From Isurus oxyrinchus (taxonomy: Eukaryota), in the NCBI GenBank assembly GCA_026770705.1, contig JANJGN010000189.1:496001-560000 (forward strand): 64,000 bases of DNA, read 5' to 3'. The position numbers and the translations under genes are program-made. The notes under the pieces were generated by a model, which did no database searches, was not told the origin of the DNA, and worked only from the letters and a program-made list of their open reading frames with translations. This document shows positions 23,759 to 35,500 of the stretch, piece by piece (positions within the stretch are counted from its first letter, which is position 1; every line of letters begins with the position of its first letter).

Positions 23759-24872
23759 GTTAGTTAAGATAAACTTCAACATCTCTCTCAGATTGAAACA
23801 CTACAAAAACACACATAAATATCCAGCCTTAAATAGACACCTGCAGACACACAATCCCACATCTATGAGCACACACAAAGACACACTCACAAACAAACAC
23901 ACTATCACATACTGCCCTGTGGATTACCTGACCTCCCTCAGTGCTGCACCGGAGAGTTGACCTGGATTCTGGGATTTGTGTTCCCTTTCATATTTATGGA
24001 AGAATATGGAAATTGCAAAGTCTATTACAGACACTCAGATGCACAGAGATACTCACAGATACTCTCTGCCTCTCCAACTCTCTATCCTACTTTAAGAACC
24101 TTCCTGAAATCTAACTCTTTGACCAGTCACCAGTCCCAATTCCTCCTTACGTGATTTTGTGTGAAATTTTGTTTGAGTATCTGAGAGTAAGAGGGAAGTG
24201 GAGAGGTTTAGGAAGGGAATTCCTGTTGCTGAAAAGCTTACATCAAGTTCTCAGCTTTCCAGTGCCCATTTTTCACATGATGTCCATGTTCATAATGGGG
24301 ATTGCCTATGTAAACGTCACGCTGTAGTTACACTCTCCCACCAGTGGTAGCACGGTAACACTTAACCCTTGCATCTCCAAGCTTTTCAAGCAATTTCACT
24401 TCCTAATTTCCTACTATTCACCTCAACCATTCCCTGTGGGAGCGAGTTCCATATTCTCCCCTCTCTCTGGGTAAAGATTGGAACTGTTTATTAAGCGGGG
24501 GGTGTAAGTCCGTGGGGGAGTCCATCCCGATCCTGCCCGATTTGCACACACGTCCGAGATGGATTTTCACCCGGCACTAAACGTTTCCAGAATTTTCTAC
24601 AGCACAATCCTGTACACAGCAATAGAGAGAAACATTGGACAGGGAGTCCAACAGCACAATGATCCATTCTCACCAATGTTCCACGCTAAGGGGAAAGTTC
24701 CGATTGTCCACTCTTAGAGTGTTTACAATGAAAACATTCATTCCACATTGAATCCCAGTGGATGGGTCAATATTACAGCAAATGTTGCAGTGATATGAAG
24801 CTTGATTGTTCAGCCAGAGTGAGAGATTGAAAGCGGAGAGTCAGTGATGATTTCTTTCTGTGTGTTCTCTAG

Positions 24873-25012
24873 ACAGTGGAGGAGAGATTCTGCACGTGAT
24901 CCTGATCCTGGGAATACGAGCTGTGATATTCCTTGTGGCTGTGGTTATCACTATCGCTGGAGTCTGTGTCTGGGAGAGACAAACAGTGAAAGGAAGTCGA
25001 CAGACTGTTTGA
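24873..25012 (+). CDS. Siglec B: terminal TM exon, activating type (DSGGEILHVILILGIRAVIFLVAVVITIAGVCVWERQTVKGSRQTV*)
   Basis: TTCTCTAG acceptor at 24871-24872, phase 1 in frame with the C2 exon. Hydrophobic helix with an internal Arg, short Tyr-free tail, TGA at 25010-25012, AATAAA at 25396. Confidence 0.8.
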
Positions 25013-25744
25013 AGCTTTGTACAGCAACAATCTGGTCAGTCAGTGCGGACAAATAACGTGTGATGTTGTGTTAAGTTGTAATGAAACTGGTCAGTGTCCT
25101 GGTTATAATCGTCTCCGTATCATCGAGTCATTCCAGCAATGGAGGAGGACATTTGGCCCATTGAGTCTATGCTGTCTCTCTGTAAAGCAATCCACTCAGT
25201 CCCATCCCCTGCTCTATCCCCGTATCCCTGCAAATTTATTTCCAATTTCCGTCCAATTTCCTTTTGAAATTGTTCATCGAATAGGAATGAACAGAAATGT
25301 GACGTTGCTAAACTCTGTTCTCTGATTGGAATGTGCTTTCTGAATGCTGCACCTTTTTCATGCTGCGATAGATTGTAAGAAGCATTTGGCTTATGAATAA
25401 AATTACATTGATTAACTCAAGTGATTAAAATGCTCAGCCTGTTCTGTAGATATTTAAAGATTAAAATTCTTGTTTTGCTGCAAAATACTTGGCTCAAAGA
25501 CATAGCTTCCTGTTGTCACGTTTTCCAATCAGATGAATTCCTCTGTCCATCTTTATAATAGAAATTTCCAATGTAAACATGTCACATTGTAACTGCACAC
25601 TCTTGCCAGTGGGTGGTGTGATACCAAAGCTGTCTTGCTGCAGAGAAACAGCGAGAAATATTCCTGTTGTGTGCATGAACTTCATGTTAGCATGAGACAC
25701 AGGCATCAGATGAAATTTTGTGCAATTTGTACAATGTTCTTTAG

Positions 25745-26460
25745 ACAGTGCAGCACTCCCTCAGATCAGACCCTCCGACAATGCAGAACTCCCTCAGTTC
25801 AAACCCTCCGACAGTGCAGCACTCCCTCAGTTCAGACCCTCCGACTGTGCAGCACTCCCTCAGTTCAAACCCTCCGACAGTGCAGCACTCCCTCAGTTCA
25901 GAACCTCCGACAGTGCAGCACTCTCTCAGTTCAAACCATCCGACAGTGCAGCACTCCCTCAGTTCAAACCCTCCAACAATGCAGCACTCCCTCAGTTCAA
26001 ACCCTCCGACAGTGCAGCACTCCCTCAGTTCAGACCCTCTGACAGTGCAGCACTCTCTCAGTTCAGACCCTCTGACAGTGCAGCACTTTCTCAGTTCAGA
26101 CCCTCTGACAGTGCAGCACTCCCTCATTTCAGACCCTCCGACAGTGCAGCACTCCCTCAGTTCAGACCCTCCGACAGTGCAGCACTCCTTCAGTTCAGAC
26201 CCTGCGACAGTGCAGCACTCCCTCAGTTCAAGCCCTCCGACAGTGCAGCTCTCCCTCAGTTCATACCCTCCGACAGTGCAGCACTCCCTCAGTTCATACC
26301 CTCCGACAGTGCAGCTCTCCCTCAGTTCAGACCCTGCGACAGTGCAGCACTCCCTCAGTTCAAACCATCCGACAGTGCAGCACTTCCTCAGTTCAAGCCC
26401 TCCGACAGTGCAGCACTCCCTCAGTACTGAACCTCCGACAGTGCCGCACTACCTCAGTAC
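25745..26460. repeat. 33-bp minisatellite, locally homogenised variant (cagttca[g/a]accc)
   Basis: About 21 tandem units sharing a variant core not seen in the other arrays. Confidence 0.92.
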
Positions 26461-27959
26461 TTCTCCGCCGATGCTGCCAGACCTGCTGAGTTTTTCCAGG
26501 TATTTCTGTTTCTGTTTCTGTTTTGGATTTCCAGCATCTGCAGTTGTTTTGATTTTAGTGCTGGGCAGTTCCTCAGCAAGGATTCAGGCCACAAAACATT
26601 GCGAGTGCTGTGGGTCTGCGCCACGATTTAGAGAGCTGTGCTTGGCACGCCTATTCTAGTCCCAGTCCAGTGTGGTGGGGACAGCCTGGCAGTCCTGGGT
26701 TGGTGGTGCCCAGCATGGTATGAGTGACGTGGTCAGTCCCTCACACACGTCCATCCTGGGGGTGGGTGGCTTGATACTAGGCCGCAGGTGGCACAATCCC
26801 AGTCAGGGGAGGCATCTGCAGCCTGTCAGTGGGGAGCAGGTAATATAGAGGGTAGGGGTGGGGGTGGGAATCGAGGGGGGCCAGTGGTCTCTGTAAGTCA
26901 CAGTACAATGGGCCTCTAGTTGGAGAGAGGTCAGGTCTACATGGGGCATTGGGATGTCAACATCAGACAGTCTAGGGAGGAGGACTGGGATGTCAACCCC
27001 GAACACAATAAGATCAAGGATTAGAGAGGAAGGGAGGAGACTGATTGGAAGGAGGGGAATGTGCACATTATGCTCCTCCAGCACGATGGGAGGGACTGTG
27101 ACGGTTACGGGGGTCGGGGGGTGACGTGTGAGGGGATAGACGCTTACCTGGTGGTATTGCCTCAGCCTCACCCTTTTTCAAGCTGATCCAATGTCGCAGT
27201 TGAAGAATAAGCTACAAAACAAATTGGCAGGGGAGGTCTCCCAGGGCCTGTGGGAGACATCACCCACTGCATCTTCGGCCTGTTTGAAGGGGCACCCGAA
27301 CAATTCCGGCTTTTCCAAATGATGAGGAAGACACAGCTGCACCCCGAGTCCCCTACTGGGGATCCAGAAGGTTGCAATAGCGCTGCGAGGGACTCATGGG
27401 CTCCACAGTGACTCCCTAATTAGCAACTGGAAGGTTTATGTTCATTTATCTTTATTATCCGTTCATATTGAGCAATGGAGCTCCTGATTTGTCACCTTAC
27501 TGTACCTCGTCCAATGCTTCTGTTATCAAGACTTCCACATCGATGTGAAAGAGCCATGATGATAGCAGACAGTCGCACAATGGGAATGGCACTAGGCCAG
27601 TGATCCAGAGGCCCAGGTGAATGCTTTGAAGGCACGGGTTCAAATCCCACCACGGCAGCTGGAGGAATTTCAGTTCGATTAATCAATAAATTTAATTGAT
27701 TGATACATTTTTTTCTTATTCATTTCAGGGATGTTGGTGTCGCTGGCTAGGCCAGTATTTGTTGCCCATCCCCAATTGCCTTTGAGAACATCTGGATATC
27801 TGAGTTAGGATCAGGAGTAGGTCACTCAGTCCCTCGAACCTGCTCTGCCATTCAGTAAGATCATGGCTGATCTGATTGTCACCTCAACCTCACATTCCTG
27901 CCTACCCCCAATGACCTTTCACCCCCTTGTTAATCAAGAATCTATCTAGCTCTGTGGAA

Positions 27960-29900
27960 GGGGAGCCAATCAATCGGGCTGCTTTGTCCTGGATGGTGTC
28001 GAGCTTCTTGAGTGTTGTTGGAGCTGTGCTCATCCAGGCATGTGGAGAGTATTCCATCACACTCCTGACTTGTGCGTTGTAGATGGTGGACAGGCTTTGG
28101 GGAGTCAGGAGGTGAGATACTGTCTGCAGGGTTCCCAGCCTCTGACCTGCTCTTGCAGCCACAGTGTTTATATGGCTGGTCCAGTTCAGTTTCTGCTCAA
28201 TGGTAACTCCCAGGATGTTGATATTGGGGGATTCATTGATGGTAATGCCATTGAATGTCAAGGGGCGATGGTTATGAATGGTCTGTGGGATATTCTGGTA
28301 CAAAATTTCAACACTCGGACTCCAGATGCAATATTCAAGTGGTTCCTTTATTACGCATGTGGGGAGCAAACGCTGGGCAGTCCAGGCGCTTCTCCACCGA
28401 GGTTCAAATGAGCACAGTTTATATATTTTTACTCTCAGTTACAAGGTAATGGTATTAGTTAGACAAAGGCCACAGCACAATGATCCTCCGGTGGGCTGAT
28501 AATTGTGTTCTTGTACAGTAATTACAGGGCAGAGACTGGCTATTGTCCTTTTGAGACAGCAAAGAATCTATGTTTGTTCAATACAAAAGGTTTCCGGGGG
28601 CTGACTGGATGTGGTTCAAGGCCATCGGACGGTGTGAAATAACCTTCCCCATTTCTTGATTGAGTCACCCAGTGTCCTTGTGTGTGTGTCTCCCATTTCC
28701 TCATTGCAAATTTCCAACTGAGCCCTTAGTACAGGTTTTTAAGTTTTCACGTAAGGATGTGTACGCTTTGGCGCCCTAGCTGCTGGTCCTGGCTGGCTCT
28801 TGAACATAAATCCAAATTTTCTGCACCTTCAATTAGATTCTTTCTTGTTGGAGCTGGTCATTGCCTGGTACTTGTGTGGCATGAATGTTACTTGTCACCT
28901 GTCAGCCCAAGCCTGGATGTTGTCCAGGTCTTGCTGCAAATGGACATAACTTGCTTCAGTATCTGAGAAGCTGTGAATGGTGCTGAACATTGTGCAAACA
29001 TCAGCAAACATCCCCACTTCTGACCTTATGATGGAAGGAAGGTCATTGATGAAGCAGTTGAAGATGTTTGAGCCTAGGACACTACCCTGAGTAACTCCTG
29101 CAGTGATGTCCTGGAACTGAGATGATTGACCCCCAATAATCACAACCATCGTCCTTTGTGCTGGGTATGACTCCAAGCAGCGGAGAGTTTTCCCCCGATT
29201 CCCATTGACTCCAGTTTTGCTCGGGCTCCTTGATTTGCCACACTCAGTCAAATGCTGCCTTGATGTCAAGGACAGTCACTCTCACCTCTGGAGTTCAGCT
29301 CATTTATGCATGTTTGAACCAAGGCTGTAATGAGGCCAGGAGCTGAATGATCCTGGTGGAACACAAACTGAGCGTCAGTGAGCAGATTCTTGCTAAGCAG
29401 GTGCTGCTTGCAAGCGCTGTTGATGACCCCTTCAATCACTTTAGTAATGATCAAGAATAGACTGCTGGGTAATTGGCTGGGTTGGATTTGTCCTGCTTTT
29501 TGTGTACAGGACGAACCCCATAGCCGGGTAGTTGCCAGTGTTGCAGCTGTACTAGAAAATTCCAGAAAAGCTTGGCTAGGGGCGCAGCAAGTTCTGGAGC
29601 ACAAGTCTTCAGTACTATTGCCAGAATATTTTCAGGGCCTGGAGCATTTACAATATCCAGTGCCTTCAGCCCTTTCTTGATATCACGTGGAATTAATCGA
29701 ATTGGCTAAAGATTGGCATCTCTGATGCTGGGGACCTCCGGAGGAGGCCGAGATGGATCAGCCACTCAGCACTTCTGGCTGAAGATTGTTGCGCATGCTT
29801 CAGTCTTGTCTTTTGCACCGATGTGCTGGGCTCCTCCATCATTGAGGATGGGGATATTTGTGGAGACTCCTCCTCCAGTGAGTTGTTTAATTGTCCACGA
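27960..29900 (-). mobile_element. Fragmented CR1-type LINE RT region
   Basis: GVTQGSVLG...FINDLPS...MFAD RT motifs and TTLKKLDTIQDKAARLI, with frameshifts. Confidence 0.85.
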
Positions 29901-31901
29901 CTGGATGTGACATCTGGAATGCGAAGCTAGTCTCAGTAATGGTGACCATGAAACTAAGGCCAATTGTTGCAAAAACCCATCTGGGTCACTAATGCCCTTT
30001 GGGGAAGGAAACCTGCCGTCCTTACCCATTCTGGCCTACGTGTGACTCCTGACCCACAGCAATGTGGTTGACTCTTAACTGGCCCCTGAAATGGCCGAGC
30101 AAGCTACTGAGTTATATCAAAACCCGCCACAGACCAGTCAAACCAGGTGAACTGCAGCACTTCGAAAAGGCAGCTCAGCACCCCCTTCTCAAGGGGTCAG
30201 TCAGGAACAGGTAACAAACGCTGTCCACATCCCGTGAAAGAATTTTGGTAAAAAGGTAGCCGTGTATCACCACCCACGGCCAGCGCCAACCCCCCCACCC
30301 CTACCTGATTGCACCAGTTTCAGATTACACCAGGTCAATGAACGGATAGAAACTCAAACCAATGAGATGAGCACAGAGAAGGATCAAGCCAGAGAGAGTT
30401 GGTGGGAAGAATTGGGAAAGCAACAAAAAAGGCAGAGCGGACACTAACACTATAACAAAGTAAAGACCAGAGGAGGAAGGAAGCAAGTGCGAAGAGGAAT
30501 TGAGAGTAGAGCTGGTAGGCTGCTTGTTGAAGCCAAGGAACCTCCATAGGGCACATCCACAGTGCTGTTGGGGAGGGTGATACATGATTTTGACCCAGGA
30601 TCATCAAGTGTTGCACTGGCAGAGCCTTTAAAGTAAAGGGACCTTTACTACCCGTGCACCCCCCCGCCCTACAAAGCTGTTGACCTGCTGAGTCCACCTG
30701 TACAGGCAACCTCCAGACAGTTGGCTACAGAGGCCATTGCAGCTGCTGAATATGACTTCCAGTTTCAAACCCTTCATGAATGCAAGGATGGAGAATTCAG
30801 CAGGAATATTCCTGCACATCCTGTGGCAGATCCTGTAAATAAAAGGGACCTTCAATCACTCCCCAAAGCTGCTGACCTGCTGATTCACATCTACAGGCAA
30901 CCTCCAAATAGTCAACTAGAGAAGACAACGCAGCTGCTGAATGTGACTCCTAGTTTTAAACCCTTCACTCTGGAAAGAAGGAATCCAGTGCAATGGCCTC
31001 AGTATGATTCTTCACAGAAACTGATTTTAAATCTCATGTCTAAGTATTATTTTTCCTTTGCTTACATTTTAATCCCTGCACCTGATGGCTTTATCGCTTC
31101 AACTTAAATAACTTTCAGCAGGAGCCAGGTTCAAATTGAATGGACAAGCTGGCTTGGGGGGCCAAAAGGCCTACTCCTGCTTCTGTTTATTTATGTTGGT
31201 GTTGTTATGTAGTGGAACTAGAGAGGTTATAGCAGTTATGAGAACATTAAGCAAACAGCAGCAAGAATTGAACACCTACGTTGTGGTTTATGAAAAGGTT
31301 TTCAACCTGGTCAACTGGTAAAATCTGTTGAAAGTGGGCTATCATGGCGTGTGCCCTTTGTGAGATATTTGTAACAACGTTCTCGATGTCGGAACAGCTT
31401 GCATTGAACAAAGCTGATCTTTACCCAGAACTTCAGAGGAAGGGGGGACAATTGTTCCCTGGTGTGGGGGGCATGGTGGGGGGGAGGGTGAGGGAGAGAC
31501 AAGTAGCCTGAAATACCAAGCCAGACACTTTGTGAAGACACAAGTTGTTTATTCATTTTTTTTCACAAATCATAATCTTTACAATTAAAGTCCCGACAAG
31601 ATGATGGTGAATCATGAACACATTGTCGGGGTCAATCTGTGCCCGGGAGCATAAAGCAGCAAAATCAGGAGCCCGCTTTACATCACTCTGAATTTTAACT
31701 ATCATTAACCCCAGTAACATCCATTCAAATGACTTAGTCATAAGATTCCTCACACATTCACTTGCACACTCACACACCCACACCCACACAGACACACTGA
31801 CACACTCACTCATTCACATTGACACACACTGACACAGTCACACACACCCACACAGACACACTGACACACTCACTCATTCACATTGACACACACTGACACA
31901 G

Positions 31902-31939
<38 letters not shown>

Positions 31940-32398
31940 ACACAATCACACACATTCACATTGACACGCACTAACAGTCACACATACACACACACACGCT
32001 GACACAATCACACACATTCACATTGACACACACATATTGACAGTCACACACACACACACACACACACGCTCATAAAGACAGACACAAACACAGTCACGTG
32101 AGGTGAATAGTGTCGATGTATTTAAGGGGAAGCTGGATAAACACATGAGGGAGAAATGAATAGAAGGATATGGTGATGGGGTGAGATGGAGAAGGGGTGG
32201 GCGGAGACTCGTGTGGAGCAGAAACTCCAGCATGGAACAGATGGGCCGAATGGCTCCTTTCCCTGCTGTAAAACGCAGGTAAAGTTTCAGTTGGAATTAA
32301 TGAACAGGGCCTGTGTGAAATAGATTGCTAAGCAGTAGATAAGGAGGGGAGAGGCTGTGGCATGGTGCAGGATGACCTTGCGTGAATGAGGCCAGGGT

Positions 32399-32515
32399 CT
32401 AATATCTACAGCAGAGACCACAAGTCTCATTTGGTCCTCTCCAATTACAGCAGTTACAGCAGAATATGCAGAGCTGCTGTCTGTCCATTCTCTTCTGGCG
32501 CTGCAGCAAGGAGCC
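32399..32515 (-). CDS. HAMP: HAMP exon 3 (furin site and mature peptide)
   Basis: TTTTCCAG acceptor at 32516-32517; TAG at 32399-32401; CIFCCNCC...CGLCC. Confidence 0.95.
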   Translation of the reverse strand, partial: GSLLQRQKRMDRQQLCIFCCNCCNWRGPNETCGLCCRY

Positions 32516-35500
32516 CTGGAAAAGCAGGAGGACAATAGGTGAGAACATTCCGGAAAGAAAGAAGGCATCATTTCAATCAGGCGCGTCATTGGAAGGAGGA
32601 TGGCGCATTTCTATAGCGCCTTTCCCCTCCTCGGGATGGCCCAAAGTGTTCCACAGCTGAAGGAAGGACTTTTTCTGAAGTGAGCTCACCGCTGTAATGT
32701 AGGAAACGCAGCAGGCAATTCACGCACAGCAAGATCCCACAAACAGAAATGTGATAATGGCCCCGATTTTCAGTTTTTTACCAATGTCAGTTGAGGGATA
32801 AATGTTTGCCCCAGGAAAGCAGACATAACTGCATCCCATCCACCCCCCACCACCCCCTCCACACATACCCCCAACTCCTGACGCACTTCATTTAAATTGT
32901 GGCCATGGAATCCTCTACATCCATCTGAGAGGGCAGATGTTGTCTCAGTTTAACATCTCATCTGAAAGACAGCGCCTTCAACAGTGCAGCACCCCCTCAG
33001 TACTGACCCTCCGACTGTGCAGCACCCCCTCAGTACTGACCCTCCGACTGTGCAGCACCCCCTCAGTACTGACCCTCCGACTGTGCAGTCCCCCGCCGGT
33101 ACTGACCTTCTGACAATGCAGCACTCCAAGACTGACTGTCTGACAATGCAGCGCCCCCTCAGTACTGACCCTCCGACTCTCCTGCCCCCCCGCTGGTACT
33201 GACCCTCCGACAAATCGGTAATTTCTCAATTATGCCTGGTGGTCCTTTTAACTCAGAGCTGAGAGTTGCAGAGAATCGAGCAGACACCCTGAACTGACAC
33301 TTGCAGTGCAAGTACTGGGAGCGCGCTGGTCATTATCATGCTGCTGTCTGTGGGATCTTACTGTGCGCCAATGGCTGATTCTTTTCCCACAGTACATCAG
33401 TGACCTCACATGAAAGAAAAAAAGCACTTGATTGTCTGCGAAACAGTTTGGGACGTCCTGATGTGTTGGAAGGCGCTAGAGAAATGCAAGAGTTGACGTT
33501 TCGAGTCCTCATGACCCTTCTGAGGACTCGAAACGTCAACTCTTTTCTTCTCCGCCGATGCTGCCAGACCTGCTGAGTTTTTTCAGGTAATTCTGTTTTT
33601 GTTTTGGCTTTCCAGCATCTGCAGTTTTCTTTGTTTTTATAGAGAAATGCAAGTCCTCTTTGTCTTTCACTCGATCCTCTAAGGTGTCTGTTGATTAACC
33701 AGCCTCTCGGTGTTTGATGTAGGCCTGGTTATAAACAGGTAGAAGGATCAAATATCAAAAATGCTTTGGCTGACAGTCAAACCGATTGTGCATTCGGAGA
33801 GATTAGATACGGTCTGCACACAATGACTCCAGTCTCTGGCACTGACTGCCGCCTGGGGTCTCCCTTCCACATAACACTCACAACTTGCATTTACACAGCG
33901 CCTCTGACATTGCAAAATGTCCCAGCCCACATTACCGGAGCGTAAATCAGAGAGAAGTCTAACACTGAGTCACATATGGAGATATTAGGGATAGGTGACC
34001 AAAAGCTTGGTCAAAGATGTCAGTTTTTAAGGAGCGTCTTAAAGGAGAGAGAGAGAGAGAGGCAGAGAGGTTAAGGGAGGGTATTCCGGAGCTCAGGGCC
34101 CCAGGCAGCTGAAGGCACGGCCACCAATGGTAGAGCGATGGGAATCAGGGGGACCCGGGAGATGCAGTAATGTCAGAGATTTTGGAGGAACATCGGGACC
34201 GGAGGAGGTGTTCTCCTGCTCCATATCTCTCTCTCTCTTCCTCTCTTCCACTCCTCCTCTCCCTGTCTCTCTCTCTCCTACTCTTCCGCTCAATTGCCCT
34301 CTCTCCCAATCTTTCTCTCCTCTCTCCCTTTTCCTGTCTCTCTCCCTCTCTCTCCCCTGTCTCATTCTCCCACTCTGTATCTCTCCCTCTCTCTCACACT
34401 ATTTTTGTAACTTTCGCTCACTCTGTAACTCTCCCTTTCCTGTTAATTTCTCTCTCTTGGACAATCTCTCTTCCCTTTTCACTTTCCCTCACTCTGCATC
34501 TCTTTAATTTCTCCCTCTGTCACTCTCTCCCACCTATGTTCTTTCCCTTTCACCCCTCCCCGTCCCACTCTCTGTCTCTCTCTTCCAATCCCTCCCTCCC
34601 CCATTCCATCCCTCTCTCCGACTCTCGACTCCCAGCCTCTCTTTAACCCACTCCCAGGCTGGATCAGTCTCCCTCTCACTATTCCCGGCGTGGGTTACAT
34701 TTAAAATTCCTGTGGGGATATGTTCACTTCCTTGGAATTGCCTCTTCCCAGCTTTGCAAAAAAAGTGGGGTGGGGGGGCTCGATTTCAAACATGCCTCCT
34801 GAGTATAACCGAGACAGACTGCCACTGAAATCAGCTTGAAATCAGAAAACTTTCTGTGGAAGAAACGAGCAGGGAGAAACCTTAAAATAAGGAATGAATT
34901 TCCACCTACCGTGTCCGGGGAATCCACAGATTTCTCAATCGTCGAAGAACCTAAAGCAGTGTCAACCTGCAAAAAGAAAGAATTTATCAGGGAGAAAGTG
35001 AGAGGAGGATTGAGGGAGAGGGAGAGAGAGAGAGAGAGGTACAGGAGAGAGAGAGGGAGGAAGACAGACTTGCATTTCTCTAACGCCTTTCACCACATCC
35101 CAAAGCATTTCACAGCCACTGAAGGATGTTTTTGAAGTGCACTCACACTGTAGGAAATGTGGCAGCTGATTTGTGCACAGCAAGATCCCACAAATAGCAA
35201 TGTGATCATGGCCTAGATCATCTGTTTTTGGTGATGTTGGGTGAGGGATAAATATTGGTCCCAGGACACCGGGCAGAACACCCCCTGCTCTTCCTCCAAA
35301 TAGTGGCTGTGGGATCTTTCACACCCGCCCGAGAGGGCAGACGGGGGACTCGGTTTAATGTCTCATTCAACATTGTTGTGCTCCCTCAGTACTAACCCTT
35401 TGACACTGCAGCACTCCCTCAGTACTAACCCTTCGATAGTGCTGCGCTCCCTCAGTACTGTCCCTCCGTCAGTGCAGCTCTATTTCAGTACTAACCCTTC

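Noticed and set aside
24844-25056. ORF-track protein MMISFCVFSRQWRRD...
   Set aside because: An alternative frame over the Siglec B TM exon; the phase-1 frame gives the TM helix.
30635-30990. ORF 30721-31107 and a ~205-bp local tandem duplication
   Set aside because: No recognisable domain or splice structure; probably a decayed repeat.
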